Assembly: GCA_963676915.2 (NCBI GenBank)
Contig: CAXXVK010000052.1
Span: forward strand, 1-64,000
Source: Myxococcota bacterium
GTDB taxonomy: Bacteria > Myxococcota_A > SURF-8 > G963663525
DNA: 64,000 nt
Direction of reading: 5' to 3'
Under the pieces are notes generated by a model. It was not told where the DNA came from and ran no database searches. It saw only the letters and a program-made list of their open reading frames with translations. This document shows, piece after piece, positions 51,168 to 61,094 of this stretch (within the stretch, counting starts at the first letter, position 1; each line of letters opens with the position of its first letter). The position numbers and the translations under genes were made by a program.

Positions 51168-52853
51168 TTACATGCTTGCGGCCCAATCCAGCTTCAGAAG
51201 CAAATAGCAGATCAATCCGTATCCGGCAACCACAAATCCCAATACCCAAAGAAGGGCTTTGTTGGGATGACGGTTCAGCGCTTCCCGTTCCTCGTCGGTG
51301 ACATCATCCAACTCGTCCCAGTCCTCACGCTGTTTCGTGTTGGCAAGGATTTGCAAGAGAATGACGAACACGACCAGAACTCCCGATGCAACCAGCATAT
51401 ACAGCAACGTAGTTTTGCGTTTGTTCTGCCGATCATTGAAGGCATCCCGCCGCTGGGTTTCGTTATCCATCAGCAAAGGAAGCAACAAGTATTCTTTGGG
51501 AAGTTGAGTCAACACCAAACGCGCCATGGCCTCGGCATCGACGGGAATTTCGTCGAGTCCCATGTTGTTGATTTTCTTCAACCATGGCTCAACGACATCA
51601 TTGGGATACGAAGGGCTGTTTTTCACATAAGACCAGAATTTCAGAAACGCTTCGTGCTCGATTTCCTTCATTTTATTGAAGGCTTCGATATCTGGTTTCG
51701 GTTTTTGTCGCGCTTTTACGATGGTTTCGTTGTCCAGCTTGGTCAACTCCGGCGAACAGTAGGCATAAAAGCCATCGAACGACGTTCCTGGCTGAAGGAA
51801 ATCGTATGCCGCCTGGACGTAAACCATTTTCTCGGTCCCGACCGGCAGCCGTAGTTTGATGGGTAGCTTGGCTCCATGAAGCTCGTATTTGGCCGAGTAA
51901 ATCCAGTTGCTGCCCTTGAAAACATCGATATACACCGGATCGCTTTGCAGTCCTTCCAGATCGAATTGCAACGGTTCGTCCACCCGGTACAGATGCTTTT
52001 TGGGACGCATCAACAGTTTGGTACCGACGGGAGCAATGAGATAATCACCGGAAAAAACAGTCTCTTTCGGATCTTCCAGCCTGATTTGAACCAAACCCTC
52101 ATCCAGAGAATGAGGATAATAATCGAACTCGGCCAGTCCCATGACATCGGTAGTGACTTGAGCGATTTCCTTCCCATGGGATTTCACGATGGCGGCAAGA
52201 TCCTTGACCGGTGTAAGACGATCGCGCACATAGGCGACAAGCAACATCGGATTGCTCAAATTCGGAACCAATCGGCCATTATTCGGCAAAATCTCCACAT
52301 GAATCGGCGGAGCGAAGCTATCCGCTTTCAGTGGTTTTCCCGTTTCCATCTGTTCCGGTGTCAACTCGGCGATTTCCACCGCCCGAGGCACTTCCTCACG
52401 GGTAATATCGATATTGAAACGAACTTCCTGCGGAGGATAAGGATCGGCCTTCACAACGGCCAGAAATTCATAATATCCGGGACGAAGGTTGGGAAGATTC
52501 TGTTGAATCTCCGCATAGTCTTTTCCGGCGCTGTACGCACTGCCGATCACCCATGGACGCCCACGCGAAGGATCGATAACACTCAATTCCACGCCGAAAT
52601 CTTCCAACGGGCGTTTTTCCGCGAAACCGTAGGCAAAAAACCGCATGGTCAGACGTTCGCCCGATGGATAACTCTTATACCCCTGGACACGCACGAAGAA
52701 ATCGAGCTTTTCCTGACCTACTCGAATGCCCCAGGAAAACAGCCCAAGGAAATAGAGCACGAGCAAGGCATAGAAAAATTTGCGCCTTCTGGACGCTCGC
52801 ATCTGTGCCGCGTAATCGAAAGAATCCTGCATGACGTAGCCTGACATTTTCAA
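51168..52853 (-). CDS. Hypothetical membrane protein: N-terminal TM, beta-sandwich (macroglobulin-like) region, two C-terminal TMs
   Basis: 561-aa ORF; hydropathy pattern read by eye. Confidence 0.65.
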   Translation of the reverse strand: MKMSGYVMQDSFDYAAQMRASRRRKFFYALLVLYFLGLFSWGIRVGQEKLDFFVRVQGYKSYPSGERLTMRFFAYGFAEKRPLEDFGVELSVIDPSRGRPWVIGSAYSAGKDYAEIQQNLPNLRPGYYEFLAVVKADPYPPQEVRFNIDITREEVPRAVEIAELTPEQMETGKPLKADSFAPPIHVEILPNNGRLVPNLSNPMLLVAYVRDRLTPVKDLAAIVKSHGKEIAQVTTDVMGLAEFDYYPHSLDEGLVQIRLEDPKETVFSGDYLIAPVGTKLLMRPKKHLYRVDEPLQFDLEGLQSDPVYIDVFKGSNWIYSAKYELHGAKLPIKLRLPVGTEKMVYVQAAYDFLQPGTSFDGFYAYCSPELTKLDNETIVKARQKPKPDIEAFNKMKEIEHEAFLKFWSYVKNSPSYPNDVVEPWLKKINNMGLDEIPVDAEAMARLVLTQLPKEYLLLPLLMDNETQRRDAFNDRQNKRKTTLLYMLVASGVLVVFVILLQILANTKQREDWDELDDVTDEEREALNRHPNKALLWVLGFVVAGYGLICYLLLKLDWAASM

Positions 52854-53004
52854 GAAAGAAAAGTGGGACGATCAACCCGAAGAATTCATGAAAAACCTAC
52901 TACGACTTGAAAACTCTCGATTTTTCATGAATTATCCAGGTTCACGATTTCATAACATGCCCCTGAATGGGACTCAAGGGTTTTTCGATCTTCCTACACT
53001 CCTT

Positions 53005-53206
53005 GGGTGCATCACAAAATGTAGCGAATTGGCCCAATAATATTGAAGCATTCATTCATTTGGTTGTAGCGGCGAGGCGTAAGCCCGCCGGAAAAGGAGA
53101 TTGGGGGCATAAAAGCAACTTTCTAAAGGCAAAAACGGCGGGCTTACGCCTCGCCGCTACGAAAAAAGAAGATTTTACGAAAGTCGCTATATTTTGTGAT
53201 GCACCT
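53005..53206. mobile_element. MITE with 22-bp terminal inverted repeats and target-site duplication
   Basis: GGTGCATCACAAAATGTAGCGA (53006-53027) and TCGCTATATTTTGTGATGCACC (53184-53205), 1 mismatch; flanking ACACTCCTT at 52996-53004 and 53207-53215. Confidence 0.85.
53066..53160. repeat. REP doublet (REPIN-like) inside the MITE
   Basis: GTAGCGGCGAGGCGTAAGCCCGCCG and its perfect 25-nt reverse complement, 45 nt apart. Confidence 0.85.
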
Positions 53207-53307
53207 ACACTCCTTACAAACCCGGCATAAACCAATCCTTCATGGAAAATTCATCCATTGCTGAAAAATCGGTTTCTACGGTTACAAAGATTCGAGGAAA
53301 AAGAAGA

Positions 53308-53679
53308 TCAGACGAAAAATTCTCGAATGCGTTCGGGCAGTTCCATCGGATCGAAAGGTTTGGCGAGCACACCCAGAGCCCCCAAAGCTTTAAGGCGCTC
53401 GACTTCGTCCCGGTGGTGCGTTGCCGTTAGAAACAGCACGGGAATGGAATGAAGTTCCGGGTCATCCCACAGCTTGCGGCAGGTATCCGGACCATCCATT
53501 TCCGGCATCATCACATCCATCAGAATCACGTCCGGTCGAAAAACTTTCGCCTTTTTAAGTGCTTCCTCCCCGGTCGCCGCCAGTTCGATGTCCCATCCCC
53601 CCACATCGCGCAGACTGATTTCACCGATGGTTCGGATATCCTCGTCATCATCGACCAGAAGAATTTTGCGAATCTCCAT
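53308..53679 (-). CDS. Single-domain response regulator
   Basis: LLVDDD, DVMMPEMDG, FLTA, KPF. Confidence 0.95.
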   Translation of the reverse strand: MEIRKILLVDDDEDIRTIGEISLRDVGGWDIELAATGEEALKKAKVFRPDVILMDVMMPEMDGPDTCRKLWDDPELHSIPVLFLTATHHRDEVERLKALGALGVLAKPFDPMELPERIREFFV

Positions 53680-53743
53680 GGTCCTTCCTTCGTTTTTGCG
53701 AAAGCAAGCCTCTTTTTGCCCCCAAAAAAGGCTTGCTGTTCAC

Positions 53744-54274
53744 CTACTTGACAAAACTCAGGTCCAGGTTCTCCTCTGCAGCGAGATCGAGCAGTTCCCT
53801 CTTCACTTCGGAAATGGGCGAGGATTCGGGAACGGTCGCAATGAGTTTGAGATTGAACAAAGGAACGGCACTGATCGGAGCCTGGGTAACCTCGGTATCG
53901 AGGCGTTCGATATTTACGTCATATTGATGGAGCAGATGAACCACGGTTTTCACGATGCCCGGATGGTCCATTGCGGTGATTTCGAAACGCAAGGGTAATG
54001 CGGCCCGGCGAGGTTTGGAATCCGTCTGGCGAACGTCGTACACCGAAGCGGAAAGCCCCACACCCTCCAATTGCCTGATATCGTCCCGAATCGAACGTTC
54101 CTCTTCGGGAGAACAGGTACACAAGCAGGTAATCGTGAACTGCCCTCCCATAACCGCCATTCGACTGTCTTCGATGTTGGCGTTTCGCTCCGTCAGATAC
54201 TGGGTGACATCTTTTACGATTCCGGGGCGATCCAGGCCGATGACAAAAAAGATCATTTTTGAAAGCATCGTCAC
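53744..54274 (-). CDS. Double ACT domain protein (GcvR-like)
   Basis: GLDRPGIV..NIEDSRM; DHPGIV..NI. Confidence 0.9.
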   Translation of the reverse strand: MTMLSKMIFFVIGLDRPGIVKDVTQYLTERNANIEDSRMAVMGGQFTITCLCTCSPEEERSIRDDIRQLEGVGLSASVYDVRQTDSKPRRAALPLRFEITAMDHPGIVKTVVHLLHQYDVNIERLDTEVTQAPISAVPLFNLKLIATVPESSPISEVKRELLDLAAEENLDLSFVK

Positions 54275-54313
54275 ATTCCCCTTGTTTTCCGGTCTATCCC
54301 ATTCGCACCAAAA

Positions 54314-56116
54314 TCATTCCGGCGCGTTTTCCTGTTTTTTCCTTTTGACACTCACATGAAGGTTATCAAGCTGCTTTTCATCCACTGGCGACGGAGCGCC
54401 GGTCATCAGGCAACTACCACTCGTGGTTTTCGGGAACGCGATGACATCACGAATCGAATCCGTCCCTGAAAGCAGCATGACGATGCGGTCCACACCCAAA
54501 GCAAGTCCACCGTGCGGCGGCGCTCCAAAACGCATGGCTTCGAGCAGAAAACCGAACTTGGCTTTGGCTTCCTCTTCAGAAAGTCCAATAACTTCAAAGA
54601 TTTTCTTCTGAACGTCCTCCCGATGGATACGGATAGATCCACCGCCCACCTCGTTGCCGTTCAATACGACATCATAGGCTCGGGAAAGCACTTTTCCCGG
54701 ATCGGAATCGAGCAACGGCAGGTCTTCGAGACGAGGCGAGGTAAAGGGATGGTGCAACGCCACCCAACGTTGTTCCTCTTCGTCGAACTCGAATCCTGGG
54801 AAGTCGGTAACCCACGTAAAGGCGTAGACATTCGGGTCGATCAAGCCCATTTCTCCGGCCAAATGCACACGCAAACGGCCCAGAGATTCATTGACTACCC
54901 CGGATTTCGGATCGGCAACGAACAGCAGCAAGTCGCCGGTTTCCGCTTCCAATTTCGAGGCAATCGCGGCTTTGACATCCTCGGGCAGCTTTTTCGCCAA
55001 CGGTCCCTGCCAAGCGCTATCCTCTTTGATTTTCGCCCACATCAAACCTTTGGCTCCGAATTCGCCGACATAGGCCGTCAGAGCGTCGATCTGTTTCCGG
55101 CTGCGTGCACCCTGCCCTTTCGCGTTGAGTCCCTTGACGATTCCCCCATTTTCCAGGGCAGAGCTAAAGATAACGAAATCACTGTTTTTGACTTCATCCG
55201 ACAGGTTCTTCAACTCCATGGCGAAACGCACGTCCGGTGCGTCTCTGCCGTAGCGGTCCATCGCCTCGGCATAGGTCATTCGCGGGAAAGGCGTGGAAAT
55301 CTCGATGTCTCTCAGTTCTTTGAAAACCAGCGCGAACAGCCCCTCGATCAACTCGTAAATTTCCTCTTCGTTGGCGAACGCCAATTCAAGGTCCACCTGT
55401 GTGAATTCCGGTTGGCGATCGGCACGAAAATCCTCGTCTCGGAAACAGCGCGTAATCTGGCAATAGCGATCGTAGCCCGCGATCATCAGAATCTGCTTGA
55501 AAAGCTGTGGCGACTGCGGCAGCGCGTACCATTCGCCTTCGTGAATTCTCGACGGCACCAGGAAATCCCGAGCACCTTCCGGCGTGCTTTTGGTCAAAAT
55601 CGGGGTTTCGATCTCCAAAAAGCCGTGATCGCTGAAATAGTTTCGCACCAACTGGTTGAATCGATGACGCATGATGATGCGTTTTTGCAGCGGGCGGCGG
55701 CGAAGATCCAAGTAGCGGTATTCCAAACGCAGGTTTTCTCCCGCATTGGTTTCGTCTTCCACCTGAACGGGAAGCGGATCGCTTTGAGCGAGGATTTCGA
55801 CGTTCTGGGCAACGATTTCAACCAATCCGGTAGGAATATTGGTGTTGACGTTTTCCCGCTTTACGACTTCACCCTCTACGGCCAAAACGAATTCGTTACG
55901 AATGGCTTTGATCGCTTCCATCCGATCGCCGAAAATTTTCGGATCGATCACGATTTGTGTAATCCCATAGCGGTCGCGCAGGTCGATGAACAGAACTCCG
56001 CCATAATCCCGAGCGGTATTGACCCAGCCTTTAAGAACGACATTCTGACCGATATCCGTCTCCCGAAGTTCTCCGCAAGTATGCGTTCTCTTCGTCATTT
56101 CAAGCAATTGTGACAC
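54314..56116 (-). CDS. aspS: Aspartate--tRNA ligase
   Basis: [49 protein letters not shown]; GGAG RBS before GTG 56116. Confidence 0.98.
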   Translation of the reverse strand: MSQLLEMTKRTHTCGELRETDIGQNVVLKGWVNTARDYGGVLFIDLRDRYGITQIVIDPKIFGDRMEAIKAIRNEFVLAVEGEVVKRENVNTNIPTGLVEIVAQNVEILAQSDPLPVQVEDETNAGENLRLEYRYLDLRRRPLQKRIIMRHRFNQLVRNYFSDHGFLEIETPILTKSTPEGARDFLVPSRIHEGEWYALPQSPQLFKQILMIAGYDRYCQITRCFRDEDFRADRQPEFTQVDLELAFANEEEIYELIEGLFALVFKELRDIEISTPFPRMTYAEAMDRYGRDAPDVRFAMELKNLSDEVKNSDFVIFSSALENGGIVKGLNAKGQGARSRKQIDALTAYVGEFGAKGLMWAKIKEDSAWQGPLAKKLPEDVKAAIASKLEAETGDLLLFVADPKSGVVNESLGRLRVHLAGEMGLIDPNVYAFTWVTDFPGFEFDEEEQRWVALHHPFTSPRLEDLPLLDSDPGKVLSRAYDVVLNGNEVGGGSIRIHREDVQKKIFEVIGLSEEEAKAKFGFLLEAMRFGAPPHGGLALGVDRIVMLLSGTDSIRDVIAFPKTTSGSCLMTGAPSPVDEKQLDNLHVSVKRKKQENAPE

Positions 56117-56313
56117 GTTTACACTCCAGTTTCGATGTGGACCGCAGTCCAAGACTTATCAATCATTCAAGAGAATCAAGAAGAAGCTTCAATGTACCAA
56201 CGCCACGACAGGGAAATCAAGGGAATCTGCATCTTGAAACCGTCAATTTCAGCAAAAATATTCACGCTTGGAATCTTTTGAAAAAAATAAGGTCAAAGCA
56301 TAAAAAATAAATC

Positions 56314-56342
56314 TTGACTTCCATGCGAAGTTTCCCTAAAAG
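56314..56342 (+). promoter_or_regulatory. Putative tRNA operon promoter
   Basis: TTGACT-N17-TAAAAG preceded by A-tracts (UP-like). Confidence 0.5.
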
Positions 56343-56361
56343 AGTTGTCACCTTCGCATTT

Positions 56362-56438
56362 GGGCGGGTAGCTCAGTTGGTTAGAGCACCGGCCTTACAA
56401 GCCGGGGGTCCTCGGTTCAAATCCGAGTCCGCCCACCA
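56362..56438 (+). tRNA. tRNA-Val(TAC)
   Basis: Cloverleaf; anticodon arm CCGGC-CTTACAA-GCCGG; TTCAAAT loop; encoded CCA. Confidence 0.97.
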
Positions 56439-56475
56439 AGCGGTCCGGACGACCGATGGATTGAAAACGGAATAC

Positions 56476-56552
56476 GGGGTGGTAGTTAAGTTGGTTATAA
56501 CGCTGGCCTGTCAAGCCAGAGGCCGCGGGTTCAAGTCCCGTCCACCCCGCCA
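56476..56552 (+). tRNA. tRNA-Asp(GTC)
   Basis: GGGGTGG/CCACCCC acceptor stem, G discriminator, CTGGC-CTGTCAA-GCCAG, CCA. Confidence 0.97.
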
Positions 56553-56554
56553 CC

Positions 56555-56596
56555 AAAAAACCGGCCCCATTCACGATGGAGCCGGTTTTCTTTTTT
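56555..56596. terminator. Bidirectional terminator
   Basis: AAAAAACCGGC-CCCAT..ATGGA-GCCGGTTTTCTTTTTT. Confidence 0.8.
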
Positions 56597-56618
56597 CAAT
56601 CCTCGGTCCCGGACTATT

Positions 56619-57587
56619 TTATCCTTCAAGCTTTTTCGTAGTTTCCCCGTCTACTTTCTCTTTTGCGATTTCCGCCATAGCCGTCAATGAGCCCAAAACA
56701 CCGGTTGCTTCGTAGGGAATGAACAGCTTGGCGCTCGGTGTATTGGCAACTTTTTCCAGTGTTTCCAGGTACTTGATTGCCACAACACCCTTGTCCGCCT
56801 TCCCGTCATGAATTCCTTTGAACGTTGCTCGGATGGCGTCGGCCTTGGCGGCTGCCACTTCACGAATCGCCTGAGCCTCACCCTCGGCATCGAGAATCTG
56901 CGCCCGGCGGCGACCTTCGGCGGCAGCGATGGCGGCATCGCGTTCACCTTCAGCCAACAGAATCTGTGATTTGCGCTTTCCTTCCGCCTCGGTAACGGTA
57001 GCTCTACGGAAACGCTCGGCTTTCATCTGACGACTCATGGCCTCTTCGATTTCGCTAGGCGGATGAATGTTTTTCAGCTCGACACGATTGACCTTGATAC
57101 CCCATTTGTCGGTGGCTTCGTCGAGGGTAGCGCGCAACTTGCTGTTAACCGTCTCCCGACTGGTCAACGCCTGATCGAGTTCCAGCTCGCCCATAACGTT
57201 ACGCATACTGGTAATGGCCAATTGACGAATGGCGAGACTGACGTCTTCGATTTCGTAGCTGGCACGAATCGGATCGGCGATCTGATAATAAATCACCGAA
57301 TCCACCTGCATGGTTACGTTGTCATTGGTAATCACCGGTTGCGGTGGAAAATCCATCACCTGCTCGCGCAAATCGATACGGCGATTGTAGCGTCCTTCAA
57401 GACGGAACAGTCGGGCTTTTTCGATAAACGGCCAGATATAATGCAGACCCGAATCCAACAAACGGTCGAATTTTCCAAGTCGTTCCACAACCACGGCCTG
57501 AGCCTGCTGCACGACAGTCAAGCCGGAAACGGCCAAAATGATTACAAGTCCGAAAATCACGAGCAAAACAACGATAAATGCACCCAT
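56619..57587 (-). CDS. SPFH/stomatin (QmcA-like) protein
   Basis: N-terminal TM, VVERLGKF, ITNDNV, KWGIKV.RVE, QMKAER, AEG repeats. Confidence 0.95.
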   Translation of the reverse strand: MGAFIVVLLVIFGLVIILAVSGLTVVQQAQAVVVERLGKFDRLLDSGLHYIWPFIEKARLFRLEGRYNRRIDLREQVMDFPPQPVITNDNVTMQVDSVIYYQIADPIRASYEIEDVSLAIRQLAITSMRNVMGELELDQALTSRETVNSKLRATLDEATDKWGIKVNRVELKNIHPPSEIEEAMSRQMKAERFRRATVTEAEGKRKSQILLAEGERDAAIAAAEGRRRAQILDAEGEAQAIREVAAAKADAIRATFKGIHDGKADKGVVAIKYLETLEKVANTPSAKLFIPYEATGVLGSLTAMAEIAKEKVDGETTKKLEG

Positions 57588-57692
57588 TCCTGTTTCCTCC
57601 CATAAAAAGGTTTCGGCAAGCGAGTTTCACTCACCATTCAACTTCAAATTCACATTCTTCGTTGGACAATCAACACCAACATGTTGTTATTT

Positions 57693-58172
57693 CTAGGATA
57701 ATCCCTCATTTTCTTCCGGAAGTGACACCACAAGCTTGGCTCCGTCCACTTTACGAACAACCACTTTGCCCCCTTCGGCGAGTTCCTCGTCATTGGCACC
57801 GATAGCCGACCAGATTTCCCCACCAACTTTGACTTCCCCGCGCTGGAATTCACCCTTTATGGGCTTCACAACCCAGGCAGTCTGACCGATCAGGCGATCC
57901 ACGCCGGTCTTCAATTCATCGTCTTTGGATTTCTTTATGTACTTTCGATACGCCCATTGCATGGAAAACACACAAACGGCACTACCAAAAACGAAAATTC
58001 CGAGCTGAATGTAAAATGGAGCTTCAAGACCTGCAAACAGCGCGGTAACGTAGGCCGCCACACTGAAAGGCAACGCCCAAAACCCAGTGGTGAATACTTC
58101 GACAATCAGCATGATCGTTGCGAAAATCACCCAGAAATGAACCCAGCCCAGCGAATGCAGAAAAGCGTCCAT
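57693..58172 (-). CDS. NfeD family protein
   Basis: Three TMs plus OB fold (LIGQ, GEVKVGGEIWSA); classic partner upstream of the SPFH gene. Confidence 0.92.
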   Translation of the reverse strand: MDAFLHSLGWVHFWVIFATIMLIVEVFTTGFWALPFSVAAYVTALFAGLEAPFYIQLGIFVFGSAVCVFSMQWAYRKYIKKSKDDELKTGVDRLIGQTAWVVKPIKGEFQRGEVKVGGEIWSAIGANDEELAEGGKVVVRKVDGAKLVVSLPEENEGLS

Positions 58173-58360
58173 CGATGGTTCCTTTTTCATGCGGTTTTCA
58201 AGAACGGAAGCGGTACGAGTCGTTCCTTTGTATCATGACGCCTCTTCGTGTGCAAGCTGTAACGGCCTTGCGTCTCTTGGAGGCTCGCGTTATGCTTCTT
58301 TTGCAAAAAGGCGTCGTCCAATGCGCCTTTGAATCATTCTCCATATTTTAAAGGAACACC

Positions 58361-60313
58361 ATGAGCCAGCCGACTCTTATCTGCACCGCCGGTCATATCG
58401 ATCACGGAAAGTCCAGCATGATCCGGGCTTTGACGGGTTACGACCCTGACCGATGGAAGGAAGAAAAGGAACGGGGTATCACCATCGACCTGGGATATGC
58501 CCACCTGGAAGGCAATATCGAACTGATCGACGTACCGGGCCACGAGAAATTCATCCGCAACATGGTCGCCGGAGCTTCTACGGTCGATTACGCTTTGCTC
58601 GTAATCGCCGCCGATGACGGCATCATGCCGCAAACCCGCGAACATTTTCAGATTTTGCAGCTTCTGGGAGTCAAAGGCGGCTTGGTAGTGCTCACCAAAT
58701 GCGATCTGGTGGAAGAGGATTGGATCGATCTCGTCGAAGACGACATCCGGCAGTTTCTCGATGATAACGGCTGGGAAGATACTCCCATCCATCGTATCGA
58801 CAGCCTCAGCGGCAAAGGAATCCCCGAACTCAAGCAATTGCTGCTCGAATTGGCGAAAACCAAGCAAAACCTCAAAGGTGCCGCAGCGTTTCGTCTGCCG
58901 GTGGATCGAGCGTTTACGGTCAAGGGATTCGGTACGGTGGTGACCGGTTCCGTCGTTCAAGGACGATGCCGGGTCGGCGACGAATTGGAACTGTTACCGA
59001 ACGAAAAGCCGGTCAGAGTCCGAGGTTTGCAAAACCATGGCAAAACGGTCGAGGAGGTCAGCGCCGGTATGCGCGCAGCGATGAACCTGCATCCGCTGTC
59101 GGTGGATGAAGTGGACCGGGGAACGGCGGTCGCCGAAAAAGGTTTTTTGCAGACCAGCCAGACGTTCGACGCTCATTTCCATCTATTGGACGATCAACCA
59201 CCGGTCAAACACCGGCAAGAAATCCGCATACATCTGGGCTGCGCCGATATTTTAGGTCACTTGTATCTATATGAAATGAAAGTTCTCGAACCGGGTGGAG
59301 AAGCCCTGTGCCGGATTCAATTGGAAAAACCATTGGGAATGCGACGCCAGGACCGCTTCGTCATCCGGCGGGTCAGTCCACAATCCACACTAGGCGGCGG
59401 ATTCGTTATCGATCCGGCTCCCCGTGCCATGAAACGCAAGGCCGAGGTGCTGGCTATCCTGGAAAGCTGCCGTTCCGACGACGCACCCAAGCGTCTCGAA
59501 GGCATCATTCGCTCTGCACGAGAAATCAGCCTGAAGGATCTTTTCACCCGCAGTGACATGCCGGAAAACGAAACCCTGGACCTGCTCTTCGACCTCGAAC
59601 TGGCCGAGCGCATCGTGCGATTCGAACAAAACAGCGAACCGCACTTTGCCCCGGTGGAACAAGTGGACAGCTTTGCCGACACCTGTCAGCAAGCCCTTGA
59701 AAGTTTTCACAAGAAAAATCCCTACCGTTTGGGAATTCGTCGGGACGAACTGATCAGCCGAGTAAAATTCCAGGGATCGAAAAAACTGGCTCGACGCCTG
59801 CTCGATCTGGCCAGCGCCAAGGGATTGCTGGAAAATCCGGCAAAACTTGTCTATCGGCAAGCGGGTCACGAAACGCAATTGACGAAAAAAGAGAAAAACT
59901 GGCTCGCCGAGATCGAATCCAGCTTACGAAAAGGTGGAACCGCCCCTGCCTCTCCCAAGGAACTTGCAGCACGAACCGGAGCACCGTTAGGAACGATTCG
60001 CGGACTGATGATGTACTTGACGGATATGGGAAAAGCCGTGGCGCTGGAAAGTGACATCGTGTTGTCCAGCGAAGCGATCGACGGGGCCAAGCGCAGTCTT
60101 TGTCGCTTGTTGTCCGAGAAGAAGAATTTTAGTGTCTCGGAATACAAAGAAGCGATTGGAAGCTCACGTAAGTTCGTGATTCCACTATTGAATCGCTTTG
60201 ATGCCGAAGGTTGGACCCTGCGCAACGAGGATGTACGAGGTCCGGGAAAGAATTTCGATCGACTGGTAGCCGAATGCGCCGCCCCTGATTCCTCCCCGAG
60301 TGAGGAGGAATAG
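58361..60313 (+). CDS. selB: Selenocysteine-specific elongation factor
   Basis: TAGHIDHGKS, EEKERGITIDLG, DVPGHEKF, TKCD, DRAF, C-terminal winged helix SRKFVIPLL. Confidence 0.96.
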   Translation: MSQPTLICTAGHIDHGKSSMIRALTGYDPDRWKEEKERGITIDLGYAHLEGNIELIDVPGHEKFIRNMVAGASTVDYALLVIAADDGIMPQTREHFQILQLLGVKGGLVVLTKCDLVEEDWIDLVEDDIRQFLDDNGWEDTPIHRIDSLSGKGIPELKQLLLELAKTKQNLKGAAAFRLPVDRAFTVKGFGTVVTGSVVQGRCRVGDELELLPNEKPVRVRGLQNHGKTVEEVSAGMRAAMNLHPLSVDEVDRGTAVAEKGFLQTSQTFDAHFHLLDDQPPVKHRQEIRIHLGCADILGHLYLYEMKVLEPGGEALCRIQLEKPLGMRRQDRFVIRRVSPQSTLGGGFVIDPAPRAMKRKAEVLAILESCRSDDAPKRLEGIIRSAREISLKDLFTRSDMPENETLDLLFDLELAERIVRFEQNSEPHFAPVEQVDSFADTCQQALESFHKKNPYRLGIRRDELISRVKFQGSKKLARRLLDLASAKGLLENPAKLVYRQAGHETQLTKKEKNWLAEIESSLRKGGTAPASPKELAARTGAPLGTIRGLMMYLTDMGKAVALESDIVLSSEAIDGAKRSLCRLLSEKKNFSVSEYKEAIGSSRKFVIPLLNRFDAEGWTLRNEDVRGPGKNFDRLVAECAAPDSSPSEEE

Positions 60314-60338
60314 AGCTAACAGGCACTGAAATCAGAAA

Positions 60339-60782
60339 TCAGCGGACGTCGCGCACGCAACGCACACAATGCGGACGACCTTTGGAACCGAATCCCGACA
60401 GTCCGCTATCGAAAAAGACGACCCAGGCATCGTCGGAAGAATCATCGAAATTGCTTTGGCTCCAGTAGGCTTTCGAAGAGCTGCGGAAAAAGCGGGTGTT
60501 GATCGCAGGATTGTTTTTTTCACGGTCCACGATGGTTTCCAACTCATCGATGGTCGGCAAATGCCAGTCTTCATGTCCATTGAGGCTCAGGTTTTCACAA
60601 TAAGCCATGGCCGAGCGCCAGGCTTTTCCTTCCGAATAATCGGACTGCCACATTTTTCCGGCGTTTTGGTCGATCACCGTGCCATCGCCAGTCGAAGAAA
60701 ACTGTCCGACTCCGTAAGCGAACAAAGGAATCGAAACGATCACAAGAAGGAAAGCCAGGGAAATCATACGTTTGGGGGTCAT
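60339..60782 (-). CDS. DUF1566 (Lcl C-terminal) secreted protein
   Basis: GDGTVID...MWQ, A..YC, DW.LPT..EL, YWS, AW.V.F, VRCVR. Confidence 0.92.
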   Translation of the reverse strand: MTPKRMISLAFLLVIVSIPLFAYGVGQFSSTGDGTVIDQNAGKMWQSDYSEGKAWRSAMAYCENLSLNGHEDWHLPTIDELETIVDREKNNPAINTRFFRSSSKAYWSQSNFDDSSDDAWVVFFDSGLSGFGSKGRPHCVRCVRDVR

Positions 60783-61094
60783 GGCGGCCTCACAGGGGTT
60801 GGAGATTCAAGTTGCGACTATATAACCTTTTCTTCCATATAGTCCGGCTTTCGCATAATGCAAACACCGTACCATTGCTTATTTTCTTTCAACCTATTGA
60901 ATTGTCTTGGGATTTTCTTACGATCGAACCGAAAGGAAGAAAGAGAACCCAACGCAGCAACGAAAATAATTCGTTGTTTCGTACATCAGACGAAGGATAT
61001 GCGAAAATCTATGTTTGTTTTTTCGATTTCTTTTATTTTTTTGAAAAAGGTTGAAACGGTCCCTGAAATTGGAAGGGATTCTCCAAGCTTTTCA

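Noticed and set aside
54512-56113. Long antisense ORFs (also 2273-3388, 16780-18177, 26900-28297, 50038-51060)
   Set aside because: Shadows of real genes caused by codon bias; no recognisable motifs.
56362-56620. tRNA 3' ends as an integration site
   Set aside because: No integrase, and I saw no duplicated tRNA end in the window.
56314-56715. 133-aa ORF over the tRNAs
   Set aside because: Spurious translation of tRNA genes.
60339-60782. DUF1566 and FGE (28736-29848) domains as diversity-generating retroelement targets
   Set aside because: No reverse transcriptase and no template-repeat copy of either 3' end seen in the window.
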